From: Promethearchaeota archaeon
GTDB taxonomy: Archaea; Asgardarchaeota; Lokiarchaeia; Sigyniarchaeales; SOKP01
Direction of reading: 5' to 3'
Length of the DNA stretch: 64,000 nucleotides
Assembly: GCA_048937405.1 (NCBI GenBank)
Contig: JBHLNF010000004.1
Coordinates: 1-64,000, forward strand
Made by a program: the position numbers and the translations under genes. Shown in pieces: positions 1 through 9,325 of this stretch; within the stretch, counting starts at the first letter, position 1; the number at the start of each line of letters is the position of its first letter. The notes beneath the pieces are model-generated. The model searched no databases. It worked only from the letters and a program-made list of their open reading frames with translations, and was not told the origin of the DNA.

Positions 1-162
1 ATTCCATTTTCAAGATTCTTCGATATTTTTATCTCTACAGATGTCAAGGTAAAATTATTAGTTGTTTTTTAAGGTTAATAATAAATATGCAAATATTTAA
101 TTAATATTTAAATGTTAATTCATTGATTATGTTAGGCAAAAAAGAATAAGAAGTTTGAATTT

Positions 163-3100
163 TTAACTTATTACATCAATTTTATTATACAATTTATCGA
201 TTTTAGGTAAAATTTCAATTGTTTTTTCGATAGCCGTTATCATTTTTAAAAAATACATTAATTCTTCATGATTTAAACTTCGCTGAAGAGTATTATATTT
301 TTGAGAGGGATTATATTTTCGCGAATTTAAAAACTGCTTGATTTGATTAATTCCCCCAATTGAGTAGTTCCAAACCTCTTGAGTAATTCCTTTTATCCAT
401 GGAATATTATTTATTGAATTTTTTCCATTACTTAAAGTTTCATCAAAAAATAAAGTTTCTATATCTGGGTTATAATAATAATTATTTACAATCCATTCAT
501 CAGGATTTATTTCTGCTAATTCTAAATGGAAACTAACATCGTGTTTCATTAGATGAATATCAGCTAATTCCTTCCCAAAATTTGCCATATCATTAAAAAA
601 CATAGAACTATTAGTAAAAGGAATTCTTGGAAAACTTTTTCTTAAATATTCGTCATATCTATTTCGATATGTTTGAGCAAATAGTACAGCATAACAATAA
701 TAGAAAATCTGTTCTGACGTTGTTTGAAAAGATAATTTTGGTTTAATTATATTCGATTTTCCATTTAAAAATAGAGGGAAAGCATAAGATGTGTCTGTTA
801 TCGACATAAAACATTTTTCTAACAATCTATGTACAATGAAAGCAGTTTCAAATTTTTTTTTTCGTGATGATTTTGTTACTGTTATTGCTGGATTTGATTG
901 GGAAATCTGATCAATATATCCCATTCTATGACCTTCTATTAAAGCCCTGTCATAAGCGATGTATCTAAAATCCCAACCACGATAGTTTATAAAGCGAATA
1001 CTTCCTGTTGCTTTTGTTAAGTTAGTCGCTTTGTATACTTTTAATTTATTCCAAGTTTTTGTATCATTAACTTTAATCTTAAGTTTATTTAAATCTTCGA
1101 ATTTCTTATTAAAAAACAGAGTCAAATTATGTTTTAAAACATCTTTATCTACATCTACTAATAGTCTATCCCTTCCAATCATTATTCCACTTGTTGGTCT
1201 AGATTTAAATAAATCTTCTATTGGATAAAATGATTCAAAACGTTCAATATAAGATGTATCAATATAAATAAAATAATCCTTACTTGTTTCTGGTAACAAT
1301 TTGAATTTGTTTTCTTGAAATCCTTGAGATAAAATAGCGAATTTTTCTTCTTGAGTTGGCTCTGGAATGTCCATATAAAATAATGCCGCATTTTTATTGA
1401 GTGAATTATCTTTTCTAACCATAAATACGATTGCTACACCAACACGTATATCAAATGGATTTCCTGATTCCTTTTTTCGCATATCCCCATGCAAGTTTAC
1501 AATATAGATATAATCAAATGTAGTTCTTAAAGAACGTCTCATAACTGAGAACATTTGACCATCTAAGTATCGACTATTTGTAATAAATGCTAAAATTCCT
1601 GTACCTACTTGTTCAATTTTCCATTGTCCGAAACGTATGAATTTTACATAATCATCTGAAAGAATTTTCAGATTTTTTTCTTTCAATCCAACTTTATAAT
1701 CGTTTATCTTTTCATTTATCCATTCACAGTTATTTTGACTGCTTATATTGTAAGGAGGATTACCCATAATCACGAAAATATCTCTTCTATCTCTAATTTG
1801 GAGCGCTTCTTTTATTTCACGTCCAATATCTTGATTATTAAATATCCATTCTTCAATACTTCGATCTTTTGGAGGAGTCATTAATGTGTTCATTAGAAAT
1901 GAATTTAATTGATATTCTTCAGAATTTAAAGATAATCCTAAATTTTCTAAAGTTAGAAAAGTTCGGATATGTCCAAGAACATAGGGTGCCATAAGAATTT
2001 CAAAGGCGTAAACATTCTTAAAGAAAGTTTCTCTTACCCATTTTTGAAAAGCACTTTGAGCTAAGGACGTCTGTGAAAATTTTTCTTGGAATGATTCATT
2101 AGCAAAATGTAACATACCACATGCAAAAGCCATCGTACCCGCAGCAGGATCAAGGATTCTCAATCGTCTTATTAGTTTATTCTTCTTTTTTTTTTGTATA
2201 TCGGTGATAGAAGTTTGTTTAGACTTCAAAGATGCATTTTCTTCGTGAAAATTAAAGTTATCTTCAGAAATTAAACCAATAGGTTTATCTAACCACCTCT
2301 TTAGCATAAAATCAATACCAGATATTATAAAATCAACTATTTCATGAGGAGTATAAACCACACCTCGATTTTTTGCAGTTACTGGATCATATAAATTTAA
2401 AAAATCGCTATAAAAAGTTGTTATAATGGACTCCGTATTTACCAAACCTTTATATTCAGTTTTCTGGAGTCTTATTTCTAACTCCTTTAAGACTTTCTTA
2501 AATTCTACTGGGATTTTACTTTTTAAAGTTAAAAATAAATCACGAATAAAACTGCCATAGGGCAAATACTCCCCAACCAATTGAAGTGTAAACAACTGTT
2601 GGTTTTCTAAACTCTGATTGTATTTCATCCATGCTGAAAATGCTCCATACACAATCGTTTGTGCGAAGAGATCGGAAAATAATAAATTTTCATTTTCAAT
2701 TTCTTCTTTGAAAATTGATTCTTTAAAATCATCTCTAATCGCCTTTAAATATTTTCCGGCAATTTGTTCTCTTTTATTAATATTATTCATTTTAGATTTA
2801 CTTAAAATATTAAGAGCTTTATCTCTAATAGTTTTAGCAATATCTGCTAATGGATTGATAAGTTTCTTCACGTTTGAAATTGTCTGAAGGTGTTCTTCAC
2901 ATGTATGTGTTAATAATCTTTTGAAATTCGTAATTGCATTTTTTGCTGGTTTAAACCGATTATCTATTTCATCTAACAACACACATTCGAATTTTATTTT
3001 TTGTTTAGTCTGTGGTTCATTTGGGATTGAAGGATCAATTAATAAAATATTTTTAAAATCTGTAATCAATAATTGGACACCTTCATTACGATACCTTAAA

Positions 3101-3420
3101 ATTTGATCATTTAAACGATTATCAGGTTCAAATTTTACGATATTTTCAAGCGGTGTATTTGGTAGTTTAGCTTCAATATGAAAAAGTATAATATTATCAA
3201 ATAAAACAGTAAGATCTGGACGATTACTTGATCCTTCAATTTTGTGCCCTGATTGAACTAAATACCCTTTTTCTGTTGGGAAAATTTCTTCTAAAAATCT
3301 TTTCAGGTCATCATAATATGTTATTTCAGTTGCTGTTTTACTTCGATAATTTTTATCTATTCGTTTAGCATAATCATTTAAAGCTTTTATCGGAATTTGA
3401 AAGTATTCTTGTCTTAGCAT
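163..3420 (-). CDS. Fused restriction-modification enzyme (Type IIG / Type ISP-like without helicase): nuclease + N6-adenine methyltransferase + specificity domain
   Basis: N-terminal PD...ExK motif (RPDLTV...HIEAK); MTase motifs GVVYTP, ILDPAAGT and GNPPY; long C-terminal recognition domain with a W..SIGG..QI.QFL..RK-type tail; no helicase motifs. Confidence 0.85.
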   Translation of the reverse strand: MLRQEYFQIPIKALNDYAKRIDKNYRSKTATEITYYDDLKRFLEEIFPTEKGYLVQSGHKIEGSSNRPDLTVLFDNIILFHIEAKLPNTPLENIVKFEPDNRLNDQILRYRNEGVQLLITDFKNILLIDPSIPNEPQTKQKIKFECVLLDEIDNRFKPAKNAITNFKRLLTHTCEEHLQTISNVKKLINPLADIAKTIRDKALNILSKSKMNNINKREQIAGKYLKAIRDDFKESIFKEEIENENLLFSDLFAQTIVYGAFSAWMKYNQSLENQQLFTLQLVGEYLPYGSFIRDLFLTLKSKIPVEFKKVLKELEIRLQKTEYKGLVNTESIITTFYSDFLNLYDPVTAKNRGVVYTPHEIVDFIISGIDFMLKRWLDKPIGLISEDNFNFHEENASLKSKQTSITDIQKKKKNKLIRRLRILDPAAGTMAFACGMLHFANESFQEKFSQTSLAQSAFQKWVRETFFKNVYAFEILMAPYVLGHIRTFLTLENLGLSLNSEEYQLNSFLMNTLMTPPKDRSIEEWIFNNQDIGREIKEALQIRDRRDIFVIMGNPPYNISSQNNCEWINEKINDYKVGLKEKNLKILSDDYVKFIRFGQWKIEQVGTGILAFITNSRYLDGQMFSVMRRSLRTTFDYIYIVNLHGDMRKKESGNPFDIRVGVAIVFMVRKDNSLNKNAALFYMDIPEPTQEEKFAILSQGFQENKFKLLPETSKDYFIYIDTSYIERFESFYPIEDLFKSRPTSGIMIGRDRLLVDVDKDVLKHNLTLFFNKKFEDLNKLKIKVNDTKTWNKLKVYKATNLTKATGSIRFINYRGWDFRYIAYDRALIEGHRMGYIDQISQSNPAITVTKSSRKKKFETAFIVHRLLEKCFMSITDTSYAFPLFLNGKSNIIKPKLSFQTTSEQIFYYCYAVLFAQTYRNRYDEYLRKSFPRIPFTNSSMFFNDMANFGKELADIHLMKHDVSFHLELAEINPDEWIVNNYYYNPDIETLFFDETLSNGKNSINNIPWIKGITQEVWNYSIGGINQIKQFLNSRKYNPSQKYNTLQRSLNHEELMYFLKMITAIEKTIEILPKIDKLYNKIDVIS

Positions 3421-3666
3421 GAATTTGTTTATGGATAAAATTCTTAATTATTTCTATTACAATTTTAAAATTATACAAAAGGGTATAATATTTACATATA
3501 TTATAATTTAAAAGAGTAGTGGTATTTTGACTCTTAAACAGAATTTAATGAAAAATTGAAAAGAAAATTGCCGAGAGGATTTAAATTCTCGTCAAGAAAA
3601 AATTTTATGTATTAAAATAAATAAGTGTTTTTCCATATTAATCACATACTATATACCCATTCAAAT

Positions 3667-4185
3667 ATGAAGAATTATATTTTTAAGATTTTAATAACCG
3701 GAAATGCCTCAGTTGGAAAGACTTCGTTGTTAAGACGATATGTCGATGGAATGTTTGATCAAAGTTCAATTATGACAGTGGGGGTTGATTTTTTTACCAA
3801 AGAAATTAATTTTGATGATTCACATTGTTTTCTTCAATTATGGGATTTAGGAGGTCAAGAGCGGTTTAGATATCTTCTCGAAAATTTCGTGATGGGCGCT
3901 AGAGCTGCACTTCTTTTATTTGATTTAACCCGAATGCCTGTCATAAATGATATTTTAGAATGGGTAAATATTGCTCGATTACATGATATCAATTTACCAA
4001 TCATCCTTGTAGGAACAAAGCTAGATTTAGATGATTTTATTGCTGTTGATGATGATAGCGCTATAAATTTAAAAAATACTTTTAATATGATGGATTACAT
4101 CAAAACTTCAGCTAAAACTGGTCATAATATTGAATTAGTTTTTGAAAAAGTAGCAAAAAAATTAATTGAAATAAGTAAATATTAG
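3667..4185 (+). CDS. Rab-like small GTPase (Ras superfamily)
   Basis: G1 GNASVGKT, G2 TVGVDF, G3 LQLWDLGGQERFR, G4 GTKLD, G5 TSAK; ATG at 3667 preferred over the track's GTG at 3625; no C-terminal prenylation Cys. Confidence 0.92.
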   Translation: MKNYIFKILITGNASVGKTSLLRRYVDGMFDQSSIMTVGVDFFTKEINFDDSHCFLQLWDLGGQERFRYLLENFVMGARAALLLFDLTRMPVINDILEWVNIARLHDINLPIILVGTKLDLDDFIAVDDDSAINLKNTFNMMDYIKTSAKTGHNIELVFEKVAKKLIEISKY

Positions 4186-4197
4186 ATCTATTATATC

Positions 4198-5004
4198 ATG
4201 AATGATGAATTAGTTTTTCTTGGCACGGGAGGAGGACGACATCATATTAGGACACAATATCGAGCTACTGGAGGTATTTTATTTAAATTTAATAATATTC
4301 AGACACATATAGATCCTGGACCAGGAGCTATAGTAAGAATCAATCAATATCATGAAGATCCCACTAAAACTGAACTATTCATAGTTACGCATGCTCATGT
4401 TGATCATTATAATGACTTGAGTGCAATGATCGAAAGTTCAAGGGAAATATTGCATGATAAAAAATATAATTATTATAAGAAAGGTACTCTCATTACTACG
4501 AATGAAATGCTTAAGTTCATTCCTGAATACCATCTTAACATGCTTGAAGGGATAGTCAAATTTAAAAAAGGAGATATTTACATTTATAAGGGAGTGGAAA
4601 TTAAAGCCACTAAAGTAGTTCATTCGTCTAAAAATGAAGGTTTTGGTATAAAATTTAAACTCAAAAATTATTCAATAGCATTTACAAGTGATACAATGGT
4701 ATATGAAAGTTTTTCTGAAGAATTTTCTGGCGTTAACATATTAGTTCTCAATCTTTTACGACCAAATTCAAAGGTGTGCAGAAGACACCTATGTACAGAT
4801 GAAGTTATTCCCTATTTAAACAAGATTAACCCTCCTTTAGATACCCTTATTATTACTCATTTTGGATCATTTATGGATAGTCCTCGTTCAACAAAGAACT
4901 ATGTGCCAAGTCAAGTAAAAAAACTTCAAGGTAATACTAATATCAAAAATATTATTGCTGCTGAAGATGGCTTAAAAATAGGGATTAAAGAACTTTTAAC
5001 ATGA
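4198..5004 (+). CDS. Metallo-beta-lactamase-fold hydrolase (PhnP/RNase Z-like clan)
   Basis: FLGTGGG, IDPGPG, THAHVDH, VH, SDT, RHL and ITHF motifs; 12 bp downstream of the GTPase gene. Confidence 0.85.
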   Translation: MNDELVFLGTGGGRHHIRTQYRATGGILFKFNNIQTHIDPGPGAIVRINQYHEDPTKTELFIVTHAHVDHYNDLSAMIESSREILHDKKYNYYKKGTLITTNEMLKFIPEYHLNMLEGIVKFKKGDIYIYKGVEIKATKVVHSSKNEGFGIKFKLKNYSIAFTSDTMVYESFSEEFSGVNILVLNLLRPNSKVCRRHLCTDEVIPYLNKINPPLDTLIITHFGSFMDSPRSTKNYVPSQVKKLQGNTNIKNIIAAEDGLKIGIKELLT

Positions 5005-5060
5005 AATAAATCCATTTCATAAAAAACATTCTTTTTTAGCTAAATTATTGTAAAAGAAAA

Positions 5061-5210
5061 GGTAAGGGAAAAGAAATTTGCGCCAATTTTTTAAAATCAG
5101 GGAGAGAATTAAACTCTTTTGAGTTTAATAGAGGGCGAATTTTGGCGATCTCCCGATATGAGATAATCTATCCAATGTTTACGCAAATTGTCTGATAGAT
5201 TCCCTTACTT
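5061..5210 (-). ncRNA. Putative structured non-coding RNA (unassigned family)
   Basis: Six complementary segment pairs, including terminal stem 5062-5070/5200-5208; hand count 53/150 GC vs 21/130 in the adjacent 5211-5340; upstream TATA and downstream U-tract on the minus strand. Confidence 0.6.
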
Positions 5211-5230
5211 AATATATAGTAGTTTTAGTG

Positions 5231-5240
5231 ATATAAAAAC
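5231..5240 (-). promoter_or_regulatory. Candidate TATA box for the putative ncRNA
   Basis: Minus strand GTTTTTATAT centred about 26 nt upstream of the 5' arm of the terminal stem. Confidence 0.45.
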
Positions 5241-5554
5241 AATCCTATTATATTTTATTTATGTGACAATGAAACGGAATAAAGTAAATTAATTTATATA
5301 AAATCTCGAAGTAAAATTTAAACATAAAAAGAAAAAATTTTGATAGGAAAAATAATAGATTTTTTATATTTGATCAAGAATACCCCAATTAATCTAATAA
5401 AACCTTTTTTTTAATTTTTTTTGAAGTTTTCAGTAAATTTATTCTAATATATTAATAATTCAATTAATTATTTTGATATAAAGTAAGATTTCTCTTCTTA
5501 TTTTAAATTCATAATGTCAGCTTTTTTAATAATATTCAAATATAATGGATAAAA

Positions 5555-5713
5555 TTAATCTTGATTTACCCAATATCTACAAACGATGCATTGTAGTACT
5601 TTTTGGAATAAAACCTTACCAGAATGATTAGTACGTATTACTCTATTTACCATTACATTACCGCACTTTTTACATATAGCTAAATCTTTTGGTTTTAATT
5701 TGGGTGCGGACAT
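5555..5713 (-). CDS. Small Zn-ribbon protein (52 aa), not in the ORF track
   Basis: Manual translation MSAPKLKPKDLAICKKCGNVMVNRVIRTNHSGKVLFQKVLQCIVCRYWVNQD; CxxC-x24-CxxC; CGTGA upstream of ATG. Confidence 0.75.
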   Translation of the reverse strand: MSAPKLKPKDLAICKKCGNVMVNRVIRTNHSGKVLFQKVLQCIVCRYWVNQD

Positions 5714-6314
5714 GTATAGTATCACGAAAATAGTGTTTTTTCATCAAGAAGTTTGATCAGTAAATTATACCGATAAAAAATTAATTTATCGATAAACCAA
5801 CCCTATTTATAATATAAAGATATATTTATTTAAATAAATCGTTAAGTAAAAATTTTAGGATTTCCTCACGAACTAAGATTTTAAACATAGAATTAATACA
5901 ATGAACATAATAGTCAGTAAATCTGTCTCATCTTAATTATCAGTTTTTTAATAGAATCATAAAAAGAACTATCAATAATAGATTATATTTTATCTGATTA
6001 AAAAAAAAGAATTTTGTTTAAAATTCTTGTATGTACTTATCCAAAATGTCTCTATTTTTTCTGCAAATTATCAATGTATAAATGTTTATAGTGATTTGAA
6101 TGATTGCGAAAATTAAACCTAAAAGATTAGAGATTTTAAAAACTAAAGGTAAACTTGAAGGGTAAAAAATTAAATTATTAATACCGATATATACTGAAAG
6201 AAAGTTAATCGTTATATATATTATAGATATTATGGAAAGAACAGATAAAATTGTTTTTGTTAATCTAAATCCAAACCATTTTATTTATCCTGTTTCAGTT
6301 TTTCTGATGGATCT

Positions 6315-6593
6315 CTATACTAAGATAGATTTAATTAAAATATAAAAACAAATCACTTCAATTATTATTGAAATGGCGATAATTCCTAAGTAGTATAGTA
6401 ATGATTCAATGTTTGAGATAATTTCTATAATTGTAAGATCTGAAAGCCAATTCATAAAATAAGAAACATTAGAATATATTGAGGGGATCTGTCTTATGAA
6501 TGTTATTAAAGAGATATAAAAAAGGATAGTAGCAGCAGTATTATTTAGAGTAAACCCAAATAACTTAGTTTTATTATTATTATCTATACTCAT
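6315..6593 (-). CDS. Small membrane protein, hypothetical
   Basis: 92-aa ORF with two hydrophobic segments; GTGA upstream of ATG. Confidence 0.55.
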   Translation of the reverse strand: MSIDNNNKTKLFGFTLNNTAATILFYISLITFIRQIPSIYSNVSYFMNWLSDLTIIEIISNIESLLYYLGIIAISIIIEVICFYILIKSILV

Positions 6594-6703
6594 GAAATTA
6601 TCACATTATAAACTGGATTATTAGTGTCTTTAATAATTATAAATATATAAATTATAATTATATTGTTGAGTCTTTATACAGAATAGTAGAGTTAATTATC
6701 TCA

Positions 6704-7624
6704 TTAAATCGTAGTAGATAGGGATTGTTCAATATCATTGTTTTTATTCTTAATAACAGTTATAAAAATTGCAATAAAAATTAATGTACAACCCACCCAC
6801 CCAAATAATGAAAGAATTTCATTTCCAATTATGTAACCAAACAATGATGCAAATACAGGTTCTAGTGTGAAAATGATCGCAGTTGTAGTTGGTCCTTGAT
6901 ATTGCTGACTCCAATTTTGAAATAGAATTGTAAGTGTCATAACAGCAATACCCATATAAATCATGACATACCAAAATGAGGGGTGAGCAGATGCAAAATT
7001 ATAAGATTCTCGGAGGAATAGAGAACAAATGAAACTAGATATGAAAATTATTAAAACCTGGATAATTGAATAAAGATAGATATCACTAAGATTAACATAT
7101 TTATCATTTAGCACGATATAGAAAGCAAAAATAAATGCACACGCTAATACTAAAAGATCTCCAATAATAAATATAGAGGTACCTTCTAATAATAAAAAAG
7201 CCATTCCAATGACCGAAAGTATAACTGCACACCACACTCTTATTCTAATTGGTTTTTTAAATCCAATCCATGTGATAAAAGGAACAATTACGGTACTTAA
7301 ACCTGTGATAAAACCTGTTTTACCTGCAGTAGTTGATTGAAGTCCATAAGTTTGAAAAACTATTCCAAAAAAATATAATAGTCCTGTGATAGCTCCCATT
7401 AGAATAACTTTTTTATTCAGATTTTTTAAACGTGGAAAGAAAGGAATGAATCCAATAAATCCAATTAGAAATCTAATACCTAGATAGAGAAAAATTGGGA
7501 CCTTTTCTGTTATATTTTTTGTAATAATAAATGAAGTTCCCCAAAGTACGGTAGTAAGAATCAATAAGAATATGGCAATTATCTTCCTTTTTGAAAAACT
7601 ATTGTCAAGATTTTCTTGCATCAT
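6704..7624 (-). CDS. EamA/DMT family transporter
   Basis: About 10 TM helices, LWGTSF, GDLLVL and TLEPVFA motifs, two EamA repeats. Confidence 0.9.
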   Translation of the reverse strand: MMQENLDNSFSKRKIIAIFLLILTTVLWGTSFIITKNITEKVPIFLYLGIRFLIGFIGFIPFFPRLKNLNKKVILMGAITGLLYFFGIVFQTYGLQSTTAGKTGFITGLSTVIVPFITWIGFKKPIRIRVWCAVILSVIGMAFLLLEGTSIFIIGDLLVLACAFIFAFYIVLNDKYVNLSDIYLYSIIQVLIIFISSFICSLFLRESYNFASAHPSFWYVMIYMGIAVMTLTILFQNWSQQYQGPTTTAIIFTLEPVFASLFGYIIGNEILSLFGWVGCTLIFIAIFITVIKNKNNDIEQSLSTTI

Positions 7625-7727
7625 AGTAAATCTATCTTATCTGCGATGTAATTATAGAAAAAATAATAAAAATATAAATAATTCTTAACTTTTGATTTTC
7701 TTTTGTATAATAACAAATAGTCGTCTA

Positions 7728-7787
7728 ATGCATAGTTTATGCATCTACGGAATATTTTTATACTCTTTATTTATTAAGATGCATAAT
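7728..7787. promoter_or_regulatory. Candidate operator and TATA box of the homocysteine-synthesis operon
   Basis: Perfect palindrome ATGCATA-GTT-TATGCAT (7728-7744), TTTTTATA (7755-7762) and a further AGATGCATA half-site (7777-7785). Confidence 0.5.
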
Positions 7788-7848
7788 ATTATTCTTCTCA
7801 TAAAAATAAAAATCAATAATATGATAAAAAAAATAATCTGGTGATTAG

Positions 7849-9321
7849 TTGACAAAAACATATGATGAAATAAATCAAAAAATTAAAAGTGGCGAAGTTG
7901 TAGTCGTTACAGCTGAAGAAATGATAAAAATTGTAGAAGAAGATGGGATTAAAGTAGCTGCTGAAGATATCGATGTAGTTACTACAGGTACCTTTGGTCC
8001 TATGTGTTCTAGCGGTGCATTTCTAAATTTTGGGCACTCAGATCCTCCCATTAAATTTGAGCATTTATGGTTAAATGATGTTAAAGCATATCATGGAAAT
8101 GCTGCGGTTGATTGTTATATTGGTTGCACCAGAATGTCAGATGTAAAGCGATTTGAATATGGTGGTGGTCATGTAATTGAAGATCTTGTTTCTGGAAAAA
8201 CAATAAGATTACGAGGAAATTCTTACACTACAGACTGTTATCCTTTAGCAGAAATTGATACAGAATTTACGTTGGAGGAGATTAATCAAGCAATCTTGGT
8301 AAATCCCAGAAATGCATATCAAAGGTATGTATGTGCAGTAAATAGTTCCGATAGAACTTTATACACTTATATGGGGAAGTTATTACCTCATTTTGGAAAT
8401 GCTCATTATGCAGGAGCCGGATGTCTAAGTCCTTTAAGTAATGATCCGAATTATGAAACAATAGGATTTGGCACGAGGATATTCTTAGGTGGTGGAACGG
8501 GATATATTATTGGAGAAGGTACACAGCATAGCCCTACAAACCAATTTGGAACTCTGTTTGTAAAAGGTGATTTAAAAAAAATGAGTTCTAAATATTTAAG
8601 AGGTGTCTCTTATGAGAAATACGGTACATCTCTATTTGTTGGTCTTGGGATACCAATCCCCATTTTAAATGAAGGATTAGCAAAAAAAACAGCAGTTAGT
8701 GATTCTGAACTCTTTACCGATATCGTAGATTATGGAGTACCGAGAAGAGATAGACCAACCTATGGACGAGTTACATATAAGGAATTGAAAAGTGAATATA
8801 TTGACTTGGATGGTAAAAAAATAAAGTGTTCATCAATGTCCTCATTTCATTATGCTAGGAAAATCGCAGAAACTCTCAAGAAATGGATTCAAGAAGGAAA
8901 ATTCTTTTTAAATCCCCCAGCAGAAACGCTACATACAGATACAACTTTTAAACCAATGAAGCAAACCTTGAAAATTAAATTTGTAAAAGATTTAAAAAGA
9001 GAGGCAATAATCTGTTATGATGATTGTGAATTGAAAACAATTGCAAAAAGAATAGTTAGCCATGATATGAATCACATCGTTATTACAGATAGAGAAAATA
9101 ACCTCAAGGGAATAGTCACTAGTTTTGATATTACAAAAGCTATTGCTGAAGAAAAAACGGACATAAATGAAATTATAACAAAAAAGGTAATTACAGCATC
9201 AGATAATGACCCCGTTGATGTCGCAGCAAGAAGAATGAAGCAAAATTACATATCTGCGTTGCCTGTTATAGATGAAAATAAAAAAGTAGTAGGCATCATA
9301 ACTTCAGAGGAGTTGATCTAA
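7849..9321 (+). CDS. L-aspartate semialdehyde sulfurtransferase (DUF39 + CBS pair; MA1821/MJ0100-type homocysteine biosynthesis)
   Basis: DVVTTGTFGPMCSSGAFLNFGHSDPPIK, NPRNAYQ and C-terminal tandem CBS domains; TTG start after GGTGA. Confidence 0.92.
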   Translation: MTKTYDEINQKIKSGEVVVVTAEEMIKIVEEDGIKVAAEDIDVVTTGTFGPMCSSGAFLNFGHSDPPIKFEHLWLNDVKAYHGNAAVDCYIGCTRMSDVKRFEYGGGHVIEDLVSGKTIRLRGNSYTTDCYPLAEIDTEFTLEEINQAILVNPRNAYQRYVCAVNSSDRTLYTYMGKLLPHFGNAHYAGAGCLSPLSNDPNYETIGFGTRIFLGGGTGYIIGEGTQHSPTNQFGTLFVKGDLKKMSSKYLRGVSYEKYGTSLFVGLGIPIPILNEGLAKKTAVSDSELFTDIVDYGVPRRDRPTYGRVTYKELKSEYIDLDGKKIKCSSMSSFHYARKIAETLKKWIQEGKFFLNPPAETLHTDTTFKPMKQTLKIKFVKDLKREAIICYDDCELKTIAKRIVSHDMNHIVITDRENNLKGIVTSFDITKAIAEEKTDINEIITKKVITASDNDPVDVAARRMKQNYISALPVIDENKKVVGIITSEELI

Positions 9322-9325
9322 AAAA

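Noticed and set aside
1031-3106. Short antisense or alternative-frame ORFs in the track (e.g. 1031, 2618, 2921; also 4438, 9379, 21348, 38044, 56799, 62406)
   Set aside because: They overlap well-supported genes and lack motifs; typical shadow ORFs.
3625-3666. Track start codons at 3625, 19373, 16684 and 56398
   Set aside because: The extensions are AT-rich or overlap the RBS; downstream ATGs (3667, 19421, 16675, 56389) fit the family N-termini better.
5061-5210. tRNA, 5S rRNA, RNase P or a simple terminator as the identity of the structured element
   Set aside because: No T-loop GTTCRA or cloverleaf and no 5S or RNase P conserved motifs seen; it is far more elaborate than a terminator hairpin.
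5720-6230. Long AT-rich intergenic stretch as a replication origin
   Set aside because: No ORB-like repeats recognised and no orc1/cdc6 gene in the window.
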